Under the pieces are notes generated by a model that saw nothing but the letters and a program-made list of their open reading frames with translations, did no database searches and was not told the DNA's origin. The position numbers and the translations under genes were made by a program. 64,000 bases of DNA from a virus, in IMG/VR virus record IMGVR_UViG_3300046002_008717, positions 47,729 to 111,728 of that record; one strand, given 5' to 3'. Of the stretch, positions 18,801-27,962 are shown piece by piece (within the stretch, counting starts at the first letter, position 1; every line of letters begins with the position of its first letter).

Positions 18801-19615
18801 ATGAAATATTAGAAACAAAAAGAATTGAAATAAATAAAAAATTTGAATTCTTTAATGATCCCAAATTTATTTTTGAAGAAGATAAACATGTCTATACATA
18901 TGATGGTGTAAAATTTGATTCAGTTACAACATTTATTAAGATATTCAAAAAACCATTCGATTTAGATTTTTGGTCTAAGAAAAAAGCATATGAAAGAAAT
19001 GTTGACGTTTCTGTTGTACTTGATGAATGGGAAGAAAAAGGTAACGTAGCAAATATATTAGGTACAGCAGTACATGCTTTTATAGAAGATTTTCTAAGTG
19101 GTAGAAACCCTGATATTCCTATTGAGGATGGAAAATCACAGTATGCTTTTAGAGTTAATAATTTTTTAAAATTCTACGAAAGAAAATTAAAGCAATTAGT
19201 ACCTCTTAAATCTGAGCTTAAAGTATTTTCCAGAAAATGGAGATTGGCAGGGACAATAGATCAGCCATTTCTATTTTGGGATAACGAAAGACAAAAAATC
19301 CTATTTTTAATAGGGGATTGGAAAACTAATGGTGTATTTAAGAGCGATCTTCATAAGAAGGGAAAATATACAAAGTTGCTTAGACCTTTCTCTAATTTAT
19401 GGGAGAATCATCTAAATGAATATTCTATACAAATAAGTTTATATAGACTTATATTGGAAGAAGAATTGGGTATAGCAACCGATGGTGGTTTTTTATGCCA
19501 CATTGGACCTGATACTGAGGTAAAGATGTATCCAGTATTGGATTTAAGAGAACCACTAAAAGCATATCTGGATCAAAATAGATGTGATAATTTCGATATT
19601 TATGATTTAAATTAA
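18797..19615 (+). CDS. PD-(D/E)XK exonuclease (phage exonuclease/Cas4-like fold)
   Basis: SVTT, GTAVH, LAGTID, IGDWKTN and YSIQISLY motifs. Confidence 0.85.
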   Translation: MNEILETKRIEINKKFEFFNDPKFIFEEDKHVYTYDGVKFDSVTTFIKIFKKPFDLDFWSKKKAYERNVDVSVVLDEWEEKGNVANILGTAVHAFIEDFLSGRNPDIPIEDGKSQYAFRVNNFLKFYERKLKQLVPLKSELKVFSRKWRLAGTIDQPFLFWDNERQKILFLIGDWKTNGVFKSDLHKKGKYTKLLRPFSNLWENHLNEYSIQISLYRLILEEELGIATDGGFLCHIGPDTEVKMYPVLDLREPLKAYLDQNRCDNFDIYDLN

Positions 19616-19663
19616 GAAACCTTTTTAAAAATTACACTTAAATATATAAAATAATAAAATATT

Positions 19664-20200
19664 ATGTCACAAAAAGATAAAAAAGAAAAAACACAAAAAG
19701 TAATAGCTATGGATGTTAATGGACCAGAACCAGCAAACTTCGATATAAATGATACAGATAATCCTGGATTTAGCGTTGATAATAATCTGATTAACGAATT
19801 AAGGGAAAAAATAATAGTTAAGAAAAAAGAACTTGCCGATAATGTATATGCTGTAACGTGTTCTAATGAATTATTTTCTGCATATAAAGATTTTGTAAAG
19901 TTTGAGGCTGAATGGTCTTCTACTGAGGCTATTGGTATTATTGAATTGGATAAGCAAATAAATAAGATATTAGGTGAAGGTATTAAGGATGGCGTAGTTT
20001 ATCTTAGTGGACTTCATTTGGAAGCTAGTCATTATTTTATATCTAAAATGAAAGGTAAGGGATTAGACGAAGCTAAGAAATTTATTGCATTATATAAGCC
20101 TTTTGATCAGGCATTATCAGATGTTAAAAAAGAAGCAGGTATAGTAAAAGACTTAGAATCACAGTATAATGCAGCAATGCAAGGTGTTACTTTGGGATAA
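19664..20200 (+). CDS. Hypothetical protein
   Basis: 178-aa ORF preceded by a weak GAAAC motif (19616) and followed by a terminator. Confidence 0.75.
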   Translation: MSQKDKKEKTQKVIAMDVNGPEPANFDINDTDNPGFSVDNNLINELREKIIVKKKELADNVYAVTCSNELFSAYKDFVKFEAEWSSTEAIGIIELDKQINKILGEGIKDGVVYLSGLHLEASHYFISKMKGKGLDEAKKFIALYKPFDQALSDVKKEAGIVKDLESQYNAAMQGVTLG

Positions 20201-20222
20201 TTATAAAAACTATAAAAATTAT

Positions 20223-20254
20223 AAAAAAGCTAGTATATCACTAGCTTTTTTTTT
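20223..20254 (+). terminator. Intrinsic terminator
   Basis: AAAAAAGCTAGT-ATATC-ACTAGCTTTTTT plus T run. Confidence 0.8.
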
Positions 20255-20269
20255 ATACATATATTTTTA

Positions 20270-20277
20270 GATATATA
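20270..20277 (+). promoter_or_regulatory. Putative late promoter GATATATA
   Basis: Exact motif 17 nt upstream of ATG 20295. Confidence 0.7.
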
Positions 20278-20294
20278 ATATAAAAATATATGAT

Positions 20295-20591
20295 ATGGAA
20301 AAATTTGAAGAGTTTATAGCAAAAAATGGGAGATATATCGTAATTCTTTTATTACTGTTAATTTATGTTAAATCGTGCAATTCTGATAATAATAGTGAAT
20401 TCAATAGAAAATCTCTAAAAGAGATAAATAATAGAATAGATAGGTTACCTACATACAAAGATCTCCAAATAGAAGGATTAAAAAATGAAAAGAGAATGAT
20501 ACAATCTACTAATAGAAGAATTTTGGATGTTAATAGACAGACCGAGATTGATTTGGAGATAACTAAATTAAGATCTGATTCATCTAAATAA
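20295..20591 (+). CDS. Small membrane-anchored or lipoprotein-like coiled-coil protein (possible spanin)
   Basis: IVILLLLLIYVKSC hydrophobic stretch ending in Cys, then a helical tail. Confidence 0.45.
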   Translation: MEKFEEFIAKNGRYIVILLLLLIYVKSCNSDNNSEFNRKSLKEINNRIDRLPTYKDLQIEGLKNEKRMIQSTNRRILDVNRQTEIDLEITKLRSDSSK

Positions 20592-20594
20592 TAT

Positions 20595-21191
20595 ATGGGA
20601 AAAAATAAATTAGTAAAAGGATCGATAATAGGGATATTTATATTTCTTTATTTAATGGTGTCGACCATTTCTATGATAAATTCATTTGATTTTTTCCATT
20701 TATCTCAGGGAGATACAATGGCTTGGGTATTAGCAGTATCTTTTGAATTGGGGTCAGCGTGTTCTTTGGCTTCTTTGATAATATTGAATAGAATAAACAA
20801 AACCATAGTATGGATGTTATTTATTACATTGACATCGTTTCAAATAATGAATAACGTATATCACACATATATCAATCTTAATGATTTTAAGGGATGGATA
20901 GAACTATTTGGACTTGAGGATGAAGAGATAATATATCAGAAAAGAATATTATCAATAATAAGCGGTGCAATATTACCTTTAATTTCTCTTGGGTTTATAA
21001 AATCATTGGTTGATTATATAAACCCTGATGATGTAAAGATGGATGATTCTATATTATTAGAAACTGTATTGTCTGATGATAATGTAGAAAATATTAAAGT
21101 AGAGGAGATTAAAAGTGATGATATAAATACAGAAAGCAGTATTAATAATAACCAATATATTTCACACGTAGACCCAACTAAATTAAAATAA
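20595..21191 (+). CDS. Multi-pass membrane protein (possible lysis component)
   Basis: About four hydrophobic segments and an acidic C-terminal tail. Confidence 0.6.
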   Translation: MGKNKLVKGSIIGIFIFLYLMVSTISMINSFDFFHLSQGDTMAWVLAVSFELGSACSLASLIILNRINKTIVWMLFITLTSFQIMNNVYHTYINLNDFKGWIELFGLEDEEIIYQKRILSIISGAILPLISLGFIKSLVDYINPDDVKMDDSILLETVLSDDNVENIKVEEIKSDDINTESSINNNQYISHVDPTKLK

Positions 21192-21200
21192 ATAATAAAA

Positions 21201-21875
21201 GTGTCAAACTCAGAAGATCAAAATATTAATAATTTCGGTGGTGGTGATTCTTCTAGTGCTGGAGGATCCATATTATCAGGTGGTGGAGCAGATTTCACAA
21301 CTGAACCAGGAGCAAGCGGTGGATTTAAGACCGAATATAAAAACATAGCGCCCAACGAAACATTGGGCATGGATGTAGTAAATGCAACATTTAAAAGGTT
21401 TAATGATCCTAGTAAACTTAGATTTATTAAAAGCTCATTTGAGGTAATCAAGGGACACGAAACATTGGATCTCATAGATCTTAGTACATTTTTTCATCCC
21501 CTTCAGAGTTTCTCTGATATCGAAAAACAGACTATGGTAATAGGATCTATGACTTCTGTTAATATGAGTCCATCATCATTCGGAAATACTAAGGGAGAAG
21601 TTTCTCTAATAATAGCTAGAGCCTATTATCTTCCCGAATCTGAACTTGATGAGCGTGTTCTATTTTGGGATTATTTGGGGTCTCAACGAAATATAATGGG
21701 AAAATTCATGGTATTAACTGGAGCAGTTAAGGATGGATACGTATGGAAAGGATGGGACGTTGATCCATTTTTAACATATAACCATGCAGAACCAGCAAAT
21801 AATGGGCTAGGAGGACTTATATTTAGCAATCCAACCCCGCATAATGTAAAATTAGTAGTAATAATAGCAAATTAA
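21201..21875 (+). CDS. Putative virion protein, paralog A
   Basis: GTG start. C-terminal ~140 aa aligns by eye with 21877..22371 (VS.II..A...W.Y.G..N.MG..M.L.G...GWD...GG.IF.N...KL...IA). Confidence 0.65.
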   Translation: MSNSEDQNINNFGGGDSSSAGGSILSGGGADFTTEPGASGGFKTEYKNIAPNETLGMDVVNATFKRFNDPSKLRFIKSSFEVIKGHETLDLIDLSTFFHPLQSFSDIEKQTMVIGSMTSVNMSPSSFGNTKGEVSLIIARAYYLPESELDERVLFWDYLGSQRNIMGKFMVLTGAVKDGYVWKGWDVDPFLTYNHAEPANNGLGGLIFSNPTPHNVKLVVIIAN

Positions 21876-21876
21876 T

Positions 21877-22371
21877 ATGGCAACAAGACCTATAGAATGC
21901 CCATACACCACACCGGAGGGACTTAAGTTTAATAATGGTAATTTAGTGCTAGATAACGGTAGCATGAATCTAGAGAGTTTTCTATATATGAAGGATCTGG
22001 ATTTAGATATTAGTACTTTTGCTAGAAATAAGGTAACATTAAAGCCACAAACATGTTTTATGTTAACAGAAAATAATATAGGAGATGATATGGGATACGT
22101 ATCATTTATTATAGTAAAGGCTATATTTCCAGCAGGTATAGTAGAATCTAAAAAATATCTGGAATGGACATATAATGGTAATACCAATACGATGGGAGAA
22201 CTAATGATTTTATCCGGGGATCGAATATCAGCAAGTGATTCGACATACGAGGGATGGGATCTTTCCAAACCTGGTGGATATACCGACGGGTCTGTAGGAG
22301 CTGGTGGTATAATCTTTTGTAATACTAGCGTAGATCTTTCTATTAAATTAGAAATGTTAATAGCTAGATAA
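21877..22371 (+). CDS. Putative virion protein, paralog B
   Basis: Paralog of 21201..21875 within the same late operon. Confidence 0.65.
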   Translation: MATRPIECPYTTPEGLKFNNGNLVLDNGSMNLESFLYMKDLDLDISTFARNKVTLKPQTCFMLTENNIGDDMGYVSFIIVKAIFPAGIVESKKYLEWTYNGNTNTMGELMILSGDRISASDSTYEGWDLSKPGGYTDGSVGAGGIIFCNTSVDLSIKLEMLIAR

Positions 22372-22401
22372 TAATATAGTAAAATTTCATATCTCTATGT
22401 A

Positions 22402-22409
22402 GATATATA
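22402..22409 (+). promoter_or_regulatory. Putative late promoter GATATATA
   Basis: Exact motif 22 nt upstream of ATG 22432. Confidence 0.7.
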
Positions 22410-22431
22410 ATCAGTAAAAAAAATGTAAACC

Positions 22432-25176
22432 ATGGATTTCATAAATCAAGTTAAAAAAGTAAAAGCAATGACAAAATCACCTGAAGTTAAAGCTTTGTGC
22501 GAAAGTTTCCTTAATGGGGAATCAATTTCTAAGGATGAAATAGCATCTACCATAAATGAGGCTATATTATCTGAAGGTATGGAAAATACCGATACCAACG
22601 TACAAGGTATAGATTTAATCAGGAAAGAAGAAAATGAAATTTCTAAAAAATCAGCAGCAGCTCTAATGGAATCTTGGTCTGGAATTGGTAGAGTTTCTTC
22701 AAATAATGCAGGTTCTTATATAGGAAAAAAAGAGCCAGTTAATGAAGATAATGCATTACTTGAAAGTATTTCTAATTTAGCATCTGATGATTCTGTTGCT
22801 AATTCATTTATACAATCACAGGGAGTAAAAAATCTAGGGATTAGAGATGCTATATCTCAAATAAAAGAATCGTCAATATACACATATCCAAAAGCTAAAA
22901 TAGTTTGTGAGCAATATGAAAATTTATTAGATGTTAGAAATATAGGAGAATTTGCATTGATCCACAATTTTATAAATGAGCTTGATGGGTTTATATGGGA
23001 TTCTACTGTATCTGCTATATCTGAAAAATTAAAAGCTACCTCAGATAAACTTAGCAGAGAGATACAAGTTGCATATGTTTTGGAAAGTATTAAAACCAGT
23101 GGTAATTCTTCATTCTATTCAGATTTATCATTAACTTTGAATGAATGGATGGTTTCTGAAAATAAATCTAATGGTCTTTTAGTTAAATCTATTTCTAAAT
23201 TTTCATTTAATCCTGTAGTTAGAAATCTAATAAACTTTTTAAATATCAATGAAAGCACTGATAATAGAAAACTGAATTTACCTGTTAATACTCAAGGTGA
23301 ATCTGGAGTATCTAGCGTGTATTCTCCTGTATTGTTCGAAAATGGGAAAACTTTTTTCTCTATAGGACAAAGTATATTTGAAGCAGATAAAAATGAATTG
23401 AGAAAAATACCTAATGGAGAAATTTCTGAGGTTCCTAGTGATTATATAAAAGTTCTAAAATCTGTTAATAAATCAAATGTTAAAATTAACGAAAATGGAA
23501 TAAGTATACAATTCGGTAAAAAAACTGTTAGATTAACAGAGGAAAATGAAAATGTATCAGTATATCTAGGTAATACTAAATTGAAATTTGGTGATAGCGC
23601 TACATTAGCAAAAATAATAGGACTCGAAGCATCAACATATTTAGGTGTCGATGAATCTATTATAGTTAACGATACTGTTGTATTATATGAAAATTATTCT
23701 AATATAGTTGAATTGGATTTTGCCAAAACTATAACATCAAATATCTATGAAGGTGTTTCTATTAATCTTTTAAAATGGGATAATAAAATATATCTTAATA
23801 GAATAAACGGAACTATGAATGAAAATTCATTCTATAAAGTAAATGGAACACAAGCAGTTTCTATGGTTAAAAAATATATGGGATATGATATCTCTGAAGG
23901 TTTAACAGAATTCTTGGAAGGCGAAAATAAAATAAAATCTATCATGATAAATGATAGAAATAAAATTTTAGAAAATATAACTAAAATAGAAGGCGAAATT
24001 TCAAAAATCCAAAAATTAGTAGAATCTAATGTAATATACAGAAATTCCAAAGAAATATCTGCTGCTAGTATAATGCTAGAAAAAGAATTAGGGATATTGA
24101 AATCTAAATGGAATGATGTAAATAAAGAAATAGTAAAAGTTGAAAAAGATATAGTTGGTATTGATATATCAAATCTTTTCGAAGACGAAAAATTTTCTTT
24201 AGGTTCTTCTATAAAAATTAAAGAATCAGGTGAAACTGGTAAAATAATGTCTATTGATGCTACATCTGGTAGATATACAGTTTTATTAGATAATGGTAAA
24301 ACTTCTAATTTTTTTGTTAATGAAATTAGTGATATAAAAGAAGCTGCTAAAGAGGAGGAGGAAGAAGAAACTAAACCTGCTGAAGATTCAGAAAAAGCTG
24401 CAGATAGTGCCGAAGGTGAAGCTGAAGGCGATGAAGTTAAAGAATCTAATAATCTAAATAAATCGGAATTACCAATATCTGATCAAAAGAAACTATTAAA
24501 AAGTTTTGCTGATTTACATGGATTTGCTAAAGCACCAGGATCGGAAAAATCAGAGATTAAGATAGAATTAGATTCTTTGCATGGTTACAATATAAGTATG
24601 AATGAATCTAAAGAAGTAGTTGTACCAACTTTAGCAAAAGCTCCTGGAAATAGTAATTTAAATAAAGGAAAAGACGAAAGTCCAAAAACTTTGGCAAAAG
24701 CTCCTGGAGATGATAAGAAAGTAAAAGGAAAAACAGTAGGTACTGCATCTTTATCGGAAGCACCTGATGATAGTAACAAAGATGTTAAATTTGATGCCAA
24801 CGATGAGAAAGATACTAAATATCCAATAGGCTATAATATAAAAGAAGGAGCAGTTGCTGATGATACAGTGGAACAAATAATCGATGACGTAACTCCTGAA
24901 GACATAATAGAAATAGCGGAAGATCTAGCTAAAGATCTTGGTGAAACTGAAGAAACAGAAGAAACCGAGGAAACTGAAGAAACTGAAGAAACTGAAGAAA
25001 CTGAAAAGGTAGAGGAAACTGAAGAAACTGAAAAGGTAGAAGAAACCGAAGAAACTGAAAAGGTAGAGGAAACTGAAGAAACAGAAGAAACTGAAGAAAC
25101 TGAAAAGGTAGAGGAAACTGAAGAAACTGAAAAAGTTGAGGAATCAGAAGAAACAGAAGAAGTAAAAAAAAAATAA
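22432..25176 (+). CDS. Large putative prohead core/internal head protein with acidic repeat tail
   Basis: 914 aa with many I/L/V-x-E-S sites (INE, LLES, VLES, INES, MNES), KAPG repeats and EET/EKV repeats. Ends in an A10 run; may be extended by frameshift to 25325. Confidence 0.6.
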   Translation: MDFINQVKKVKAMTKSPEVKALCESFLNGESISKDEIASTINEAILSEGMENTDTNVQGIDLIRKEENEISKKSAAALMESWSGIGRVSSNNAGSYIGKKEPVNEDNALLESISNLASDDSVANSFIQSQGVKNLGIRDAISQIKESSIYTYPKAKIVCEQYENLLDVRNIGEFALIHNFINELDGFIWDSTVSAISEKLKATSDKLSREIQVAYVLESIKTSGNSSFYSDLSLTLNEWMVSENKSNGLLVKSISKFSFNPVVRNLINFLNINESTDNRKLNLPVNTQGESGVSSVYSPVLFENGKTFFSIGQSIFEADKNELRKIPNGEISEVPSDYIKVLKSVNKSNVKINENGISIQFGKKTVRLTEENENVSVYLGNTKLKFGDSATLAKIIGLEASTYLGVDESIIVNDTVVLYENYSNIVELDFAKTITSNIYEGVSINLLKWDNKIYLNRINGTMNENSFYKVNGTQAVSMVKKYMGYDISEGLTEFLEGENKIKSIMINDRNKILENITKIEGEISKIQKLVESNVIYRNSKEISAASIMLEKELGILKSKWNDVNKEIVKVEKDIVGIDISNLFEDEKFSLGSSIKIKESGETGKIMSIDATSGRYTVLLDNGKTSNFFVNEISDIKEAAKEEEEEETKPAEDSEKAADSAEGEAEGDEVKESNNLNKSELPISDQKKLLKSFADLHGFAKAPGSEKSEIKIELDSLHGYNISMNESKEVVVPTLAKAPGNSNLNKGKDESPKTLAKAPGDDKKVKGKTVGTASLSEAPDDSNKDVKFDANDEKDTKYPIGYNIKEGAVADDTVEQIIDDVTPEDIIEIAEDLAKDLGETEETEETEETEETEETEETEKVEETEETEKVEETEETEKVEETEETEETEETEKVEETEETEKVEESEETEEVKKK
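24943..25164 (+). repeat. Coding tandem repeat of 9/18-bp units (EET, EETEKV)
   Basis: GAAGAAACT and GAAAAGGTAGAG units repeated over ~220 bp. Confidence 0.9.
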
Positions 25177-25323
25177 GCACTAACTTTTATTTTACTGATA
25201 GAAGTGCAAAACATTCTGATATAGGTAAAGATTTTTCTAATCCAGGTAATGGAAATTTCCAAAAAGCACCGTCTGGTAAGAAAGAAAATGACATCGAGGA
25301 TGGTATAGATAAACCTAAAAATT

Positions 25324-25360
25324 AAAAAAATGTAGTACTTTTTAGTACTACATTTTTTTT
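25324..25360 (+). terminator. Intrinsic terminator
   Basis: AAAAAAATGTAGTACT-TTTT-AGTACTACATTTTTTTT. Confidence 0.85.
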
Positions 25361-25364
25361 ATAT

Positions 25365-25392
25365 GAAATCTTTTAGTATTTTTAACTAAGAT
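25365..25392 (+). promoter_or_regulatory. Putative middle-type promoter GAAAT-N17-TAAGAT upstream of the gp55-like sigma
   Basis: GAAAT cttttagtatttttaac TAAGAT directly after a terminator and 17 nt before ATG 25410. Confidence 0.5.
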
Positions 25393-25409
25393 TGATAAAG
25401 ATAAATACT

Positions 25410-25769
25410 ATGGCAAAAGAATATGTAAAAAATAGCGAATTATTAATTGCTATAATAGAATCAAAAGAAAAAGGAGTATTAACTTCCGATACTATAGAAA
25501 TGTTTGATCTTATAATAAATGGGATTTCTAAAAAAATGTCATATAAGGATCCTAACGACAAAGAAGATTGTATGGCATTTGCTATGGAGGATCTTTGTAA
25601 ATATTGGAATAGATTCAATCCTGAAAAATCTAATAATCCATTTTCATATTATACTCAAATAGCTAAAAATGGTTTTGCTAAGGGGTGGAAAAAAATTCAT
25701 CCTCCAAAAAATCCTAAAACTATCCCATTCAGTTATATAACGGGTGATGATAATTCATATAATATCTAA
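25410..25769 (+). CDS. Late-transcription sigma factor (T4 gp55-like)
   Basis: YVKNSELL...FNPEKSNNPFSYYTQIAKN signature of gp55. ATG 25410 preferred over the track's TTG start at 25392. Confidence 0.85.
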   Translation: MAKEYVKNSELLIAIIESKEKGVLTSDTIEMFDLIINGISKKMSYKDPNDKEDCMAFAMEDLCKYWNRFNPEKSNNPFSYYTQIAKNGFAKGWKKIHPPKNPKTIPFSYITGDDNSYNI

Positions 25770-25777
25770 ATTTTAGT

Positions 25778-26263
25778 ATGAGCAATATAAAAAAAATAAA
25801 GCCTAACGGATTATACAAAAACGGATTATTCGAACCAAGAAATCCCGATAAGTATGTAGGTGATATACATAATATAATATATAGATCCTCCTGGGAATAT
25901 AGATTTTGTAAATATTGCGATAATACCGAATCTATAATTAAGTGGAGTTCTGAACCTATAGGAATAGACTATTATAATCCGCTTGATAAAAAAGAGCATG
26001 TGTATCATGTTGATTTCTATATGAAGGTAGTTAAGGAAGATAATACTGAGCAAGATTGGATAATAGAAATTAAACCAGAAAACCAAACAAAAAAACCCGT
26101 ATATGTCGGATCTATAACAGAACCAAAGTTAAAATCATATAATAGAAATATGGGAATTTGGATAACGAATCAATCTAAATTTAAGGCAGCAAAAATATGG
26201 GCCGAAAAAAGGGATTTTCGTTTTGGAGTAATAGATGAAAACTTTCTATTTAATAGCATATAA
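25778..26263 (+). CDS. Head completion nuclease (T4 gp4-like, TnsA-type)
   Basis: NPDKYVGD..IIYRSSWE, KWSSEP, YHVDF, IEIKP, NQSKFKAA. Confidence 0.9.
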   Translation: MSNIKKIKPNGLYKNGLFEPRNPDKYVGDIHNIIYRSSWEYRFCKYCDNTESIIKWSSEPIGIDYYNPLDKKEHVYHVDFYMKVVKEDNTEQDWIIEIKPENQTKKPVYVGSITEPKLKSYNRNMGIWITNQSKFKAAKIWAEKRDFRFGVIDENFLFNSI

Positions 26264-26285
26264 AGAGATCTACTTGCACTAGACC

Positions 26286-26293
26286 GATATATA
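26286..26293 (+). promoter_or_regulatory. Putative late promoter GATATATA (overlapping TATAAATA)
   Basis: Upstream of the first portal ATG at 26315. Confidence 0.7.
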
Positions 26294-26314
26294 AATAAAT
26301 AAATAAATAAATAA

Positions 26315-27958
26315 ATGGCAGGTTTCATAGATAATAATACTCCGCAGGCATCACCGGTCGTACAAAAGATAAGGGATTCTGTTAAAAAACTTAGCAAATT
26401 TGGAATGAAATACGATGACATGGTTATTCGTAATTCCCAAGCTGTTGGTGTAACCGAAGCAGCGTTCCTAAATAAATCCAAAACAGATGCTGAAGACGAG
26501 AGTATGATTTATACTCTTGCGAAACAGGATATAACATCTAGACAATTTATATCTTATTTTGATAAAGATTATAAAGCAAAGAGAGATTATCTTCGGACAT
26601 TTTCATTGAATCCTGAAATCGAATGGGTATTGGATACTATTTGTGATGAGTCCATATCTTATGATCCTTCTAATTTTTTTGCATATCCTTCATTTATTGA
26701 CTTAAGTAATCTTAATGAGAAAATCAAAGATGATCTATATGAAGTATATAAACAAGTATATGACGTATGGGGATTTAGTGATGATATAACAGCATGGCAA
26801 TATTTTAGACAATTCGTTGTTGAAGGATTTCTTGCGTTTGAGATTGTATACGATAATGATGGAATCAATATCATAGGATTTAAAGAACTTGATGCAATAA
26901 CATTAATTCCTAGTGTAGAAAAACAATTAGACGGATCATATTTAAGTGTATGGATACAATATCCTCAAGATATCAAAAGAAAAAGGATATTATACGAACC
27001 CCAAATTATTTATATGTCCTATGCTAAGGGCAATTCTATATCTAGAGTAAGTTACATGGAAAGATTAATCAGACCATATAATATACTTAGAATAATAGAA
27101 TATACCAGAGTTATTTGGGCAGTTATGAATGCATCTTTTAAATTGAAGATGACTATTCCAATCGGTACAAAATCACAGCAAAAAGGGATGCAAACTCTGG
27201 GTGAGTTAATGAGCATATACAAGGAAGACATACAGCTAAATGACGAAAGCGGAGAGCTTACAGTAGACGGAAGACCAAAAATGCAATTTTATAAAAATTA
27301 TCTTATGCCTTCTGGTGTAAATGGAACACCTACAGTGGAGCCAATAAATACTGAAGGACCTAATTTAAATGATATGCAACCTTTATCATATTTCTTTGAT
27401 AAGTATATACTAGAATCTAAAGTACCCCCGTCCAGGTTTCATAATCCAGATGGTGGTAGTACATCTTCATATTCTAATGGTGCAGAAGGATTAGATAAGG
27501 AAGAAATAAGATTTGCTAAATTCATTTCGAGATTAAGATCTTCATTTCAGGATATTCTTTTAAAACCACTTTGGATACAAATGGTTAAAAAACACGAAGC
27601 CCTTGCTAACGATTTTGCATTCAAAAGTCAGCTAGGATTGGATTATTGGTCTGATAATCCGTTCAAACTAAATCAGGAAATAGCTAAAATGACCTCTAAT
27701 AAGGATGGTATAATTGCTATGGGCGGATTAATGGGTGATGATGAAACCCCATTTTTTTCTAATGGTTTCCTAATAGAATCATATTTGGGATTATCTAAAA
27801 ATGATATCGATGCTAATAAGGAAGCAATAGCTAGAAAGAAAAAAAATAAAAAAACAGCGGGAGCACCTGCATCTGAAGAAGCATCACCAGAAGGTGAAGC
27901 TCCAGAAACAACTCCAGAAACGGAAGGTGCACCTCCAGCTGAACCAGTAACACTTTAA
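26315..27958 (+). CDS. Portal protein, paralog 1 (T4 gp20-like)
   Basis: PEIEWVLDTICDE, FRQFVVEG, SYMERLIRPYNILRIIE, KVPPSRF and EEIRFAKFISRLR match gp20 motifs. Confidence 0.9.
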   Translation: MAGFIDNNTPQASPVVQKIRDSVKKLSKFGMKYDDMVIRNSQAVGVTEAAFLNKSKTDAEDESMIYTLAKQDITSRQFISYFDKDYKAKRDYLRTFSLNPEIEWVLDTICDESISYDPSNFFAYPSFIDLSNLNEKIKDDLYEVYKQVYDVWGFSDDITAWQYFRQFVVEGFLAFEIVYDNDGINIIGFKELDAITLIPSVEKQLDGSYLSVWIQYPQDIKRKRILYEPQIIYMSYAKGNSISRVSYMERLIRPYNILRIIEYTRVIWAVMNASFKLKMTIPIGTKSQQKGMQTLGELMSIYKEDIQLNDESGELTVDGRPKMQFYKNYLMPSGVNGTPTVEPINTEGPNLNDMQPLSYFFDKYILESKVPPSRFHNPDGGSTSSYSNGAEGLDKEEIRFAKFISRLRSSFQDILLKPLWIQMVKKHEALANDFAFKSQLGLDYWSDNPFKLNQEIAKMTSNKDGIIAMGGLMGDDETPFFSNGFLIESYLGLSKNDIDANKEAIARKKKNKKTAGAPASEEASPEGEAPETTPETEGAPPAEPVTL

Positions 27959-27962
27959 TAAT

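Noticed and set aside
18797-19615. Cas4 as part of a CRISPR system
   Set aside because: It is a stand-alone PD-(D/E)XK nuclease without the Fe-S cysteine cluster, and there is no array or other cas gene.
24831-25262. Minus-strand ORFs with SVS/FLQ repeats
   Set aside because: Antisense shadows of the EET repeat.
25778-26263. TnsA transposase or mobile element
   Set aside because: Motifs and position next to the portal fit the T4 gp4 head-completion protein; no other Tn7 genes or ends are present.
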